Positions 23,344-34,125 of a DNA stretch of 64,000 bases are shown one piece after another. Origin of the DNA: Psilocybe cubensis (Eukaryota); contig CM039009.1 of NCBI GenBank assembly GCA_017499595.2, forward strand, positions 1,426,001-1,490,000, written 5' to 3'. A program made the translations under genes and the position numbers. Within the stretch, counting starts at the first letter, position 1. The number at the start of each line of letters is the position of its first letter. The notes under the pieces are model-generated. The model was not told the DNA's origin and did no database searches. It was given only the letters and a program-made list of their open reading frames with translations.

Positions 23344-24850
23344 ATGTCCGATAACAACAATTCTGGTGGCCGTACCCTTGGAGGTGACCCGGCTGAACCC
23401 TTGCCGTCCAATTGGGCGCGTCCTGCTGCAGCTCCAAGAGTTGGAAGGATTGGCGATTGGTCTGGTTCATCATCAACAAGGTGCACAGTTTTATGCTATA
23501 GATCTGGTCTCCTGACTGAATTGTACGTTGCAGCGCACCTAGAGGAGGCGGCCGATTCGCCACGATTTCGGGCTTGGGCGGTGGTGCCGGTGGTGGAGGT
23601 CAAAGACAGCCACAGGGTGACGATGAGGACGAGGATGACGAGAATAAGGGTGCCGAGAGCTGGTTTGCTGGTGGTGAACGAAGGTGTGAACTTGCATAGA
23701 CACCTCGGATGACATATCAGTATATCTTACATCTCTTCCAGTGGTATTAACGTGCAGAATCCCGATCGACAACGTGCGGTCCCTGGAGGTGATATGGTCC
23801 GAGATCTTCTTAGACGCGCGGCACAGTATGTTCAGATTGTGTTTCCAAAACAGACGCAGCTCAATATTTGACTTAATCAGGGCAGGCCCCCCTCCCGAAG
23901 CTCCGGCCAGATCGTCTAATGTCTTCACTGGCGGTGGTCACACCCTGGGTAGCGATGAAGTTGAAAGCTCCTATATCCCAGGCAATGTACAAGAGCCAGA
24001 AGGCACGTAATTCTCTCGCTGGATTGCTGAATCTCTCTCAATGAATGCGAATGACAGAGGAAACCGCTATTCGCCATTTAACCTTTTGGCGTGATGGATT
24101 CCAGGTTGAAGATGGGGAGCTCATGCGATATGACGACCCCGCGAATGCCCAAATATTGGCAGAAATAAATGCAGGGTCTGATTTTCTCTTTCTTCCATTG
24201 AACGCAATTCTAATTTGAATTTTCTCCAGCCATGCTCCACCTTCTATTCTCAATGTTCGACGCGGCCAACCTGTCGAATTGCGTGTAAACAAACGAACGG
24301 AAGATGACTATGTTCCCCCGAAAGGAACAAAAGTCTTCTCAGGATCAGGTCATAGACTTGGAGCCGTCGTCCCTGACTTCAATGCTGAGGCAGGCAGGAG
24401 CACTACCCAAATGCCCGGAACGTTCCCTCCATCAGCTCCAGCCACTTCCGCGTCATCCGAAGACCGTCCTAAAATTGCTACCAAATTCGAAGTTGATCAA
24501 GACAAGCCTAGTACTAGTATTCAAATAAGACTGGCCGATGGAACTAGGTTTGTCTCTTGGTCATTTTGTTTATCTATCGTTGATTTAATCAAATATATTT
24601 AGAATGGTTGCTCGTATGAACTTGACTCACACCGTTGGAGATATCAGGAATTTCATCAACGCGTTCGTCCTGTTTCCAATTCGATTAAATACCTGTATTC
24701 ATATCTATTCCAATTAGCTCTCGCCCTGAAAATTTGACACGCCCTTACACTATCGGCACCACCTTCCCAAACCGAACATTGGATGACGATACCGCGACTA
24801 TCCAAGGAGCAGGCCTCGTCAACAGTGTTGTCGTACAACGATGGGCATAA
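23344..24850 (+). CDS. SHP1: Shp1/p47 (NSFL1C) Cdc48 cofactor with SEP and UBX domains
   Basis: [100 protein letters not shown]. Confidence 0.93.
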
Positions 24851-25050
24851 TTGATATCGCTTTCTTGTGGAGTGGAACGTACATCGGTTCAATACGATTT
24901 CAGAAATGTATCATAGCAAAACTTTCGTCTGCGATACCGTTCTTTTTGCGGTTAACATGATTGTCACGTGATTACGAAGAGCTCGGAAAAACAACGACAT
25001 CAATGCGATTTTCTTCTTTTACACTCTGACATCGATTCATAGGATCTCAT

Positions 25051-26976
25051 ATGCCCGAGATGACTGAATTCTCAACTCTCCTTTCACATCCTGTAGAACT
25101 GATTCAATCTATCAGCGATGAGGTGAGAAGCATGAAATTGGCCATAGGTACTTACATCGAAGTGAGGGGTTAAGCTTATCAACGTCATTTATCATTTTGT
25201 AGCTTGATATCCCAGACGTGTGTAGGCTTCGTCTGACGTGCAAAGAGCTTACTGCACATCTCGGCCCTCAACTTTTTCACACTTTCACATTAGATATCTC
25301 GAGATCCACTATTGCAAAGGTTATACCTCGACTCGAAGCCCTTTCCAGGGGAGATCACGTTGTCTGTTATTCTGCCAAAAAATTAGTAATCCGGTCCCTC
25401 TCGCCGTCGCATAACCAGGACCTGTATGGGACCATATGTTCATTGACGCGAACAAGACCCAGCAACAGATTGGGACAATCAGAATCCTCGGAAGAGTCCT
25501 ATGACGTCGCCCGCGCAAAGGAATTCATGATGGCACATTTGTTTGATGCTATAGCTTCTCTGAAGAACGTTCGAAATGTAGAGTAAGTGAACTGGTACTT
25601 TTTTTCCGTTTGCCCTACGCGCTCAATTTTCTGGGTCGACATAGATGGTCACCAAGTTCGACCGATAAAGCATGGTCTCATCAAACCGTTATGAATGCTC
25701 TAAGTAGCTTACCAACTCTAAATCGCATCAGCATCCGTCTTTCCGATGTTAAAATTGCACTGGATCTTCAATTTCTGAAATATCTGCACGAGGTGAACCT
25801 GGATGGAGTTACATTGCTGCGTCAGGGAGACATATTCGAAAGTCTGGCAAAAGCCATAGCCCAGAACCAATGTCTTACTTCAATCACTCTTTCCAGAAGT
25901 TGGCGTCAGCCGTTTGGCGGTACTTTGAATCAACAAAATCTTCATCAACTTTTCAAATACTACCCTGCTACTGCCCCGCCCCTCCGTTTGCGTCACCTCT
26001 CCTTGCGCTCATTTCTGGTTCGACTGGACAGTATCACTCTTCATCACTTATCGCATCTAACTTCTCTGAGCTTGACATGCATCGAGGATCCAGATGTCCC
26101 TGTCGTTGCTACATTCCCGACGGGTGTACAGGACGACTCATTAGTACACGAAAGAAGCAAATATGGCTCAACATTGGATGATATCTGGAAAGCACTGATT
26201 AATGCTGGAATACATCTGGTAGAAATTACTGTGGATGTGGTGCCAAGCGCATTGCTTGATTATCTGGCGCTCTACACAGGTCTGAAGATACTGCGGCTGA
26301 TGCCCGGTGGATTTCACGGGGGAGGTTCATCAGACACAGCAGCTGATCAGTTCTTTTCTGTGGCACTTAAATATCATGTCCAGACCTTGGAGGACCTCCA
26401 GATAGCTTCGTTGTTTGAAGGCCGCTGGTGCTTTGGATCTCACAACGTGGATGTTATATCGCAATGTACAAAGCTCAGGAAACTACGCATGTGTATCAAC
26501 TCAGACCAGCTGCCGTCACAGCAACCACATTCTATCGAGGAAGCAAATGACATGGTGAGCCCCATATTCCAATAATCGATATCATTCAGTTTTCTGAATA
26601 CCCGCGGGCGTCTTAGAAACTGCTTTTAGACACTGTTGTGCTGCACATGCCAAGAATCAGCATTGTTCTGATAGCTGGCGCCAACCAGGAAGCTCTTCGC
26701 CCCTCTCGAAGTGGATACATCTCAATGGTTCATTTTGCAGCTGTCAATAGAAAGCTATCAAAAATTATTGATGAATACGAGCCCCCGCCTTCTTGTCACC
26801 GCCTTCCATTGCTAATGGTTTCTAGCTCAGGAAAACTGGTGTACCAGTGTAAAACCAAACAGAATATCGGCACTTACTCGAACAACGAAGCTGGTTTGAA
26901 AGAGAGTCGCGGTCTTAAATACGTGAAGGCTCCAGTTTTTACCTCTGTTAATGATACATATAGTGAATGGCTTTAA
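25051..26976 (+). CDS. F-box-like/LRR-type protein, 4 exons (intact paralog of the disrupted gene downstream)
   Basis: LLSHPVELIQSISDE / LDIPDVCRLRLTCKEL F-box-like start; LHQLFKYYPATAPPLRLRHLSL; EGRWCFG. Confidence 0.8.
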
Positions 26977-28007
26977 ATATAAGGTAAAAGTGAAAGCCAC
27001 ATAGAATTTTTATAAATGCTCAGTCACCAGAGTGGCGTGCAAAAATGCAAACGTCCAATTTAACCATGCGCATTAAACAGCTTTGGAAATCTGTAACTTT
27101 TTTCATCTCATAACTAGCCCCGGGCTGGATTCAACAAATATTAGAATCTCTTTCATTGAATGCCGCTGTAAGCCTGAGGGATTTAACTCATAAACCTGCC
27201 CTAATTTTTGGCTGTAGACCTATAGTCATGATGGGTAAACCGCTCAGGATAATGTTCATGGTGGGTTCGCTTATGTGCTGTCGGATGGCCATTGGCCATG
27301 CACGTCATCCAAATTTGGCAGGTAATTACTCAAATTTAGAAACGCTATAGTTGATTACATCATATCACGTGTCACCCTGTGGAAGGCCGTAAATTCCCGG
27401 GCTCTCCTCTTGAAGTCCGCTTATCCACTGGTCCAAATTCAATATTCAACGTTAAACGTTAGCCGATAACCTTTTACAGTATCATACCTGGCGCTGACTG
27501 GGACATATAATAAATCGACAACTTCACTCTTGTACTACACACAAATATTCAACGTGACGGACAATTTAGTTTGGTAAGCATTCGGTGCAACAAAATTGTG
27601 TTTGCCTTTTTGACGAGCGGCGAGCCGTCAAAGTTATCTGGACTGTTTCTGTTCCGGTGGGTCAGATGGCATGTAACACATATGATACGATTACGACCCA
27701 TATATTCCTTCCCATGGTTGCTTCTTACCCTGACACTTGCTTTTTCTGCGAATCGTCTACCTCAGTGAAGTCCCAATGATTAACAGTTCCGCCCTTCTCT
27801 CTCTTGCACCTGAGCTAAGTAATCGCATTGGTATGGAGGTGTGTACCTTGTCACTTTCGCTGTATTATTGACCATAATGGAACATACAGTTAGAAGCGGC
27901 TGATGTCAAGCAGCTTCGTTTGACTTGCAAAGAAATGGCGGCACTATTGGAACCGTGTATCTATCGTACACTTTCACTTTCTATCAACAGGAACAATATG
28001 CATGAGG

Positions 28008-29272
28008 TATGGCTGTCCGTTTGCACATTTAATACCAATCATTGAACTTTTTGTCCCATAAATATAGAGAACAGTTTTACACAACCCCCACTATATATCT
28101 TGGTGTCCCACTCATAGAGAACTAGTTTCCGAGCATGGAGGAAATCATCCCGATCATTGTATTTACAGAATCTTCAATTTTAATGAATGGTGCACATTTA
28201 ATACCAATCTATAAACTTTTTGTTCCATACATAGAAATTTCAGAAGTAAGACTCCAATAAGTATTTGCTCTTATTTCCGCAGATAGAGAAGAGATTGCCA
28301 AACATATAGATCCAGTGTCCATACATTTACAGGTTGCACCATCAGATACAACTTTGAGTACCATACATATAGTTTTGGTGCCCACATATTCAAAGAACAA
28401 TCCCTTGGAGAGTTCAAACACGCCCTTTCATATATATTTTGCTTCCTCACATATGTTTTCAGGTTCCCCGTATGAGTGATTTGACCTTTCTTTTGCCTTT
28501 CTTCCTCCCAAAGATATATAGTCGTTTTTCGGCATGTGTCTATGCCGTGCTTGCCTGGACATCGTGAGAATTCGGCAAATATCGGCAAATGAGGAGGCAA
28601 ATAACAGTACATTACCTGTTCCTGTCGACACACACTAATTGAGCAATGAAAAAGATTTACATATCTGATAGAAGTAATTATCTGCCAGTATTAGACCTGA
28701 TTACAAAAGTATCACGTCTCTATAGCTTTCGACGAGTATTTTGGCCACTCCTACTTAAAAAGGCCTAAAGTTGAGATTGCAGGTAAAACTCTGCAATGAA
28801 TTTCCCTTTATAGCCTATACATACGTTTACACTGCTAAATAGTATAAATTAATACTCCTAAAGAGTTTTGTGACCTTGCAACGGTCGTCCTAAATCCTTC
28901 ACAAGTAGCAATTCCACTGCAAAGCGGAACGAAAGCTGAGTTCCCACGCTTGTACGGCAAGGACGGCACGCATGATAGTCATCTTGACAACTCTATATCT
29001 TCGGGCAAAAGTCGAGGTATTATGCGGAGAGGGTCACAGAATGTGGTGCTACGTTTTTTATGTACGGTTTATCTCCTTCTATGTGTGTACCTCTCATTCA
29101 AACTGGAGGGCATGCAAAAACAATGACCGGGATGGTTTCCTCTATATTCGGAAAACATCTGTCTATAACCGGGACACCAAAGAATGTATTTGGAATTATA
29201 TTCAATTGTGACTTATATGTGTGGGACAAGAAGTTTATATATTGGTATTAAATGTGCAAACGGACAGCCATA
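28008..29272. mobile_element. Non-autonomous TIR DNA transposon, 1265 bp, IS3EU-like termini
   Basis: Perfect 32-bp TIR TATGGCTGTCCGTTTGCACATTTAATACCAAT (28008-28039 / 29241-29272), with imperfect inverted similarity extending ~155 bp. 6-bp TSD ATGAGG at 28002-28007 and 29273-29278. No transposase ORF seen. Confidence 0.92.
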
Positions 29273-29741
29273 ATGAGGGAGTAAGAAAACTTGAGGCCTT
29301 AGCAACATCTAACCACCCGGCTCGTTATGCTTGTCGAATTCTTTTCATCGGGTCGCTTTCCCCTTCCTATGACCCGTTATCATATCAACCACGGTCTACC
29401 GCGACCGACTCATCTTCACATGAAGAACTCACAGAGGTTTTTAATACCGAGGGGAAGCTGGTTACACACCTGTTCGATGCGCTTACTTCCCTGCGCGGCG
29501 TTCAATATGTAAAGTGAGCATCAAATCGTCAATTATTTATTATACTTATTCAAACCGTTATTTGAAGGTGGTCACCTATTGGTAAAGGTGACCACGTAAT
29601 ACATCACATCGTAATGAACTCCTTAAAAATTCTTCCAAGCTTACGACGCCTTGAAATTGTCTGCGCTGATTGCGATATCCCACTGGAATTAGACGATCTC
29701 AGAGGTCTAGACGAAATCTCCATATCTACACAGAATACTTC

Positions 29742-29922
29742 TGTTAGGAGGAGACCCTACGGACGACGGAGAACGAGAAACGAGAACGAAACGTGTTGAT
29801 GGGTGAGTGAACAAAGAAGGAACTGGTGTCTATGTAGCTACTGAGTCCGACTAAGTAGCTACGGGCGTGTGACTCAAGCACGTGTGTGTGTCTACTGTTA
29901 GAGTAGGGGAACTACTCTAACA
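29742..29922 (-). repeat. 3' LTR (181 bp)
   Basis: TGTTAG...CTAACA termini; identical by eye to 36017..36197. Confidence 0.97.
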
Positions 29923-32900
29923 TCACCCCTCCCTTAAAGGTGGGTCCGCGGCACTGATACCGTGGTGTTTCTTGTAGTTGGTCAAGACAATTGAATTGGA
30001 AAAGTCAGCAGCGTTGGTCCAAGTAGCGTCGTCATCGGACGACCCTTCGAGGACGATTAAGTATTGAGTACGGTTTCGCAGAGATCTGTGTTGGAGCACC
30101 TTTGCGATGCCTGGAGGGGGTGTCGCGAGTGGGATGGAAACGGGGGCCTCAGTTGTGTTTTGAGAGTCAAAAGCGGGGGGCGTGAAACGAGATAACTTAG
30201 AAACATGGAAAGTTGGGTGAATAGACCAAGAGGGCGGTAGTTGTAGTGTGTAGGACTGTAAGCCAACACGTTTGGTAACGGGGAAGGGACCGTGGCGTTT
30301 AACGTCGAGTTTTTTCGATGGGCGAGAGGATTTTATGTCGGACGCGCTAAGCATAACGAGGTCGCCTACGTTGAAAACAGGGGCTTCGCGATGAGACGCG
30401 TCATACGATCGCTTCATGGCCTCCGCAGCGAGGCATAGTGCGGAGCTAGATTCCTTCGCGAGTGCTTCCATTTGGGACGCGAACTCGAGCGCGCGGGGAA
30501 CACGGTCGTCGGACAGGCGTGAGGGTTGCATGGGGCGTTTGGGATTGGTGCCATAATTGAGGAAGAAGGGTGAGTAACCGGTTGAGGAGTTGACCTTGTT
30601 ATTGATCGCAAATTCCGCGCAGGCGAGCCACTCCACCCAGTCATTCTGGCGCGCGTTGACGAAGTGACGTAGGTACTGCTCAATCTCTTGATTGGCACGT
30701 TCCGTCTGCCCGTCTGTTTGAGGTCTGAAGGCGGTGGAGGCGTTGTGGGAGATACCGAGCAAGTCGTTAAGTGCGCGAGTGAAGTTGGAGAGGAAAACTG
30801 AGCCGCGGTCGGATATGATTCTCCGTGGCAGCCCGAAATCCTTCCAGACGTGGTCACGGAATAGCTTGGCCAGGCCTTCGGAGGTGATTGTCTTTTTGCA
30901 TGGGATGATTCGCACCATTTTCGAGAGGCGGTCGACGACAACGAAGATTGAGTCGAGCCCGCGGGATTTAGGTAGGTCAACAATGAGATCACACGAGATG
31001 ATTTCCCAGTTTCGCGTTGGAATTTCGTTGGGCGTGAGCAGTCCTGCGGGAGCCATGCGTAGCGGTTTAGAGGACTGGCAACGGGTGCAGCCGTCGACGA
31101 AGCGGCGAGTGTCCTTAGCGAGAGTTGGCCACCAAAAGTCGCGCAAGACAAGTTCGGTTGTCTTCATCCGACCAGGGTGTCCGGCGGTGTGATGGTCATG
31201 GCAGTTTGAAAGAATGCGCTGACGAAGGTTGCCCTTGTTGGGTACGAAGACGCGGTTGTGCCAACACAACAGGCCATCCTCCAAAGTCCAACCAGGTAAG
31301 TTCTTGTGCTTGTCCCACATCTCCATGATTTGATGCTTGTGGACCCGAATGTCGGTGAGGATGGGGTCATCTGGGAGGTCGCAGGAGACAGTCCGACGGA
31401 TGTGCTCGGGTTTTAGTAGGGTGACGTCAATGTTGTCGGACTCGCCTTTGTCATGGTCGGGACGGCGAGATAAAGAATCAGCACATACCATCGTAGGGCC
31501 AGGTTTGTGGACAAGAACGAAGTTGAATTCGGCCAGTTGTAGGGACCATCGGGCTTGTCGCCTGTTGAGCTTCTGTGCCGTCATGAAGTACTGCAGGTTT
31601 TTGTGGTCAGTATGGATTTCCACGGGCGTATCGGAACCATGCAGGTAACGTCTCCAGTCTTCGAGCGATCGCATTATGGACAGGAGCTCGCGGTCATGTA
31701 TCTCGTAGTTTCGTTCAACAGGGGATAGCGATTTGGAAGCAAATGCGACAGGCCTCCATGTACCGTCAACAAACTGACTGAGTACGGCGCCAGTTGCATA
31801 GCCAGAGCTGTCGGCCTCGATGCGGAAGGGCGCGCCATCGCGGGGGAGCAGTAACACGGGGTGCAAGGCGCAGTCGGCCTTGAGCCTTGAGAAAGCGTCG
31901 TCTTCTGTGGATGTCCACTGCCAGGGTGAGGAGCCACCCAAAGCATGCAAGGGTGCGGCGGTGCGGGAGAAGTTCTTGATAAAGCGTCGGTAGAAATTGA
32001 TGAATCCCAAAAATTGCTGAACATCCTTGCGGTTCCGAGGTGTGGGCCATGAGGTGATAGCATTGACTTTCTTCGGATCCATTGACATGACGCCATTACC
32101 AACGATGACACCCAAGTACTCAACCTGTTCTTGTTCAAAGCAGCACTTCTCAGGGCGTAGGTATAACTTGTTCTCCTCCAGAATTGAGAGAACGCGTCGT
32201 ACGAGCAAGCGGTGGGAGTCCACATCGTCCGAAAAGATGAGAATGTCATCCATGTAGATGACAACGTGGCCCTCGGCGATGAGGTCTTTGAACAAGTCGT
32301 TCATCATGTTCTGGAAGGTAGCTGGTGAGTTGGTCAGCCCAAAGAACATTACCAGCGGTTCGAAGAGGCCACATTCGGTAATGAAGGCGGCCTTATGCTC
32401 GTCGCCTTCGCGGATGCGCACATTGTTGAAACCCCAGCGGACATCCAGCTTTGTGAAAACCTTCGCACCTTTTAGCTTGTCCATGAGATCGGATATGAGA
32501 GGCAGCGGGTAACGGTTCTTGATCGTCATGTCGTTCAGACGGCGATAGTCCTGTACCGGGCGCAGAGAGCCATCTTTCTTTTGGATGAAGAAGAAAGGTG
32601 CGGCGAAGGGGGAGATAGAATCGCGGATCCGGCCGGTTTGCTTTTCTTCTTCAATCCATTCCTTCACCTTCGCGCATTCGGCGGGGGACATGCGGTAGGG
32701 CTTAGCTTTGAAAGACTTTGCATCCGGCTTGAGGTTGATAGCGTGGTCCCACGGGCGACGTGGCGGGAGCTCATCAAACTCCTCTTTCGAAAAGACAGGG
32801 GCAAAGTCTTTCAGATAACGATCAGGGTAGGAAGCCGCCTCACGTTGTGCTCGTAGGTATTCCGCGGTGCATGGGTCGATTGATGAAGGGGTGTGGGTCG

Positions 32901-34104
32901 GGGGCAAGAAGTCATTCATGTCAATGGCGCACATTGATTCGCCGTCGGCAAGTTCGGTGGCGAACGCAGCAGCCCAGTCTTCCGCTGACAAGTTTTCAAA
33001 GGAGTCGTTGCAGTGTTCACCAGGGTCATGAGTGTCGTGGGTGGTGTCGGGGCATTCACGACAGACATTGATATAATCACCGTCAGGGTGGTGTGTGTTA
33101 ACAACATCAGCGCCACAAGATGTTGGACAGCGTGAAAAGCACAACTTGGCGGCACGCCAGTCGACAAGGGGGTTGTGGAACCATAGCCAGGAGTGTCCGA
33201 GTATCAGCGCAGATGACCCCGTGTTGGTGACTGAGAGGCGCAGACGTTCGACATGATCGTCGATGCGTATAATGAGGTGCACAACTTCCGTGATGGCTCC
33301 ATTGGAGTTACGGGAGCCGTCCGCGTTGTAAACACTCACCGGGTGTGGCAGTTGCTCGGTTGGTAGGTTGTGCGCACGCACGAAATCGGGGTGCACGTAG
33401 CAACCAGTTGCACCACTATCAAGCAAAGCATTTAGGGACACCGCAGATGCAGAGTCCGGCGCTGCCACATTGACAGCAATGTTGAGGCACTTGCTGCCGA
33501 TGCGGGAAATGTAATCGCGAGGCCTTTTGAGTTGGGAGAGGACTTCAGCGGCTTGTGTCCAGGGTAGGGTGCACAAGGCACTGATGAGGTCGTCATCAAT
33601 GTCAATCCACCTTTCCTTCGGAGCCCAAGCTTTCAGTAACTTCTCGGAGCGCCAGGAAGCACCCTTCAGTTGTCGTATTTGGGTTATGAGAGAGCGCGTG
33701 GCGGACGGAATCGAAGGCGGACATTCGAGAGAGGCATCGACGTTGGTTGGCGCTGGCAGGCATTCAAGAGAGGCGTCAACGCCGGCTGGGGCTGTGGGTA
33801 AAGTGGTGGGAAGTGTAGCGTTAGTTGTAAGGTTGACAATATCGTCAATGGGTGTTTTGTTGTGTGTGTCAGGTGGATGGGTGCGGTTTGAGGGGGGCGG
33901 CTCGTCAGGTTCGCACTCAGAGTCGCTGGAGTCGTCAGACTCTTCAGGCTGTTCGAGTGGTGGCGGCGAATCCGGGTCCGGGAGAAAGAACTCATCAGCC
34001 GAGAGTGCGAGGGGTGCGGGTACGGTTTGTAGTTGTGGACAGTCATGTAATTGAGATGTAATTACAGGGGAAGCGTACACAGGCGTCGAGGACGTACAGA
34101 TCAC
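29923..34104 (-). CDS. pol: Pol polyprotein (protease, reverse transcriptase, RNase H, integrase, degenerate chromodomain), probably expressed by -1 frameshift from gag
   Basis: ALLDSGATG (PR); VIYMDDILIF (RT); EADSSGYATGAVL and HTDHKNL (RNase H); HDHHTAGH..C..C, SCDLI, ISDRG, TERANQ (IN); GPF motif; YLIVLEG..DATW (chromo-like). Confidence 0.97.
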   Translation of the reverse strand: MICTSSTPVYASPVITSQLHDCPQLQTVPAPLALSADEFFLPDPDSPPPLEQPEESDDSSDSECEPDEPPPSNRTHPPDTHNKTPIDDIVNLTTNATLPTTLPTAPAGVDASLECLPAPTNVDASLECPPSIPSATRSLITQIRQLKGASWRSEKLLKAWAPKERWIDIDDDLISALCTLPWTQAAEVLSQLKRPRDYISRIGSKCLNIAVNVAAPDSASAVSLNALLDSGATGCYVHPDFVRAHNLPTEQLPHPVSVYNADGSRNSNGAITEVVHLIIRIDDHVERLRLSVTNTGSSALILGHSWLWFHNPLVDWRAAKLCFSRCPTSCGADVVNTHHPDGDYINVCRECPDTTHDTHDPGEHCNDSFENLSAEDWAAAFATELADGESMCAIDMNDFLPPTHTPSSIDPCTAEYLRAQREAASYPDRYLKDFAPVFSKEEFDELPPRRPWDHAINLKPDAKSFKAKPYRMSPAECAKVKEWIEEEKQTGRIRDSISPFAAPFFFIQKKDGSLRPVQDYRRLNDMTIKNRYPLPLISDLMDKLKGAKVFTKLDVRWGFNNVRIREGDEHKAAFITECGLFEPLVMFFGLTNSPATFQNMMNDLFKDLIAEGHVVIYMDDILIFSDDVDSHRLLVRRVLSILEENKLYLRPEKCCFEQEQVEYLGVIVGNGVMSMDPKKVNAITSWPTPRNRKDVQQFLGFINFYRRFIKNFSRTAAPLHALGGSSPWQWTSTEDDAFSRLKADCALHPVLLLPRDGAPFRIEADSSGYATGAVLSQFVDGTWRPVAFASKSLSPVERNYEIHDRELLSIMRSLEDWRRYLHGSDTPVEIHTDHKNLQYFMTAQKLNRRQARWSLQLAEFNFVLVHKPGPTMVCADSLSRRPDHDKGESDNIDVTLLKPEHIRRTVSCDLPDDPILTDIRVHKHQIMEMWDKHKNLPGWTLEDGLLCWHNRVFVPNKGNLRQRILSNCHDHHTAGHPGRMKTTELVLRDFWWPTLAKDTRRFVDGCTRCQSSKPLRMAPAGLLTPNEIPTRNWEIISCDLIVDLPKSRGLDSIFVVVDRLSKMVRIIPCKKTITSEGLAKLFRDHVWKDFGLPRRIISDRGSVFLSNFTRALNDLLGISHNASTAFRPQTDGQTERANQEIEQYLRHFVNARQNDWVEWLACAEFAINNKVNSSTGYSPFFLNYGTNPKRPMQPSRLSDDRVPRALEFASQMEALAKESSSALCLAAEAMKRSYDASHREAPVFNVGDLVMLSASDIKSSRPSKKLDVKRHGPFPVTKRVGLQSYTLQLPPSWSIHPTFHVSKLSRFTPPAFDSQNTTEAPVSIPLATPPPGIAKVLQHRSLRNRTQYLIVLEGSSDDDATWTNAADFSNSIVLTNYKKHHGISAADPPLREG
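29926..29935 (-). other. Polypurine tract AAGGGAGGGG
   Basis: Lies 3 nt (the pol TGA stop) before the 3' LTR and overlaps the last pol codons (LREG*). Confidence 0.85.
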
Positions 34105-34125
34105 TCGACGCAGAAAACAAAATCC
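34083..34125 (-). promoter_or_regulatory. Putative -1 programmed ribosomal frameshift signal (G GAU UUU plus downstream stem)
   Basis: GGATTTT at 34125-34119 in the gag frame, 7-nt spacer, 8-bp stem GCGTCGAG/CTCGACGC (34111-34104 with 34090-34083). Pol is in the -1 frame and opens just upstream of the slip site. Confidence 0.75.

Noticed and set aside
29742-29922. Hammerhead ribozyme or retrozyme in the hairpin-rich LTR
   Set aside because: No CUGANGA...GAAA core with compatible stems found by eye on either strand.
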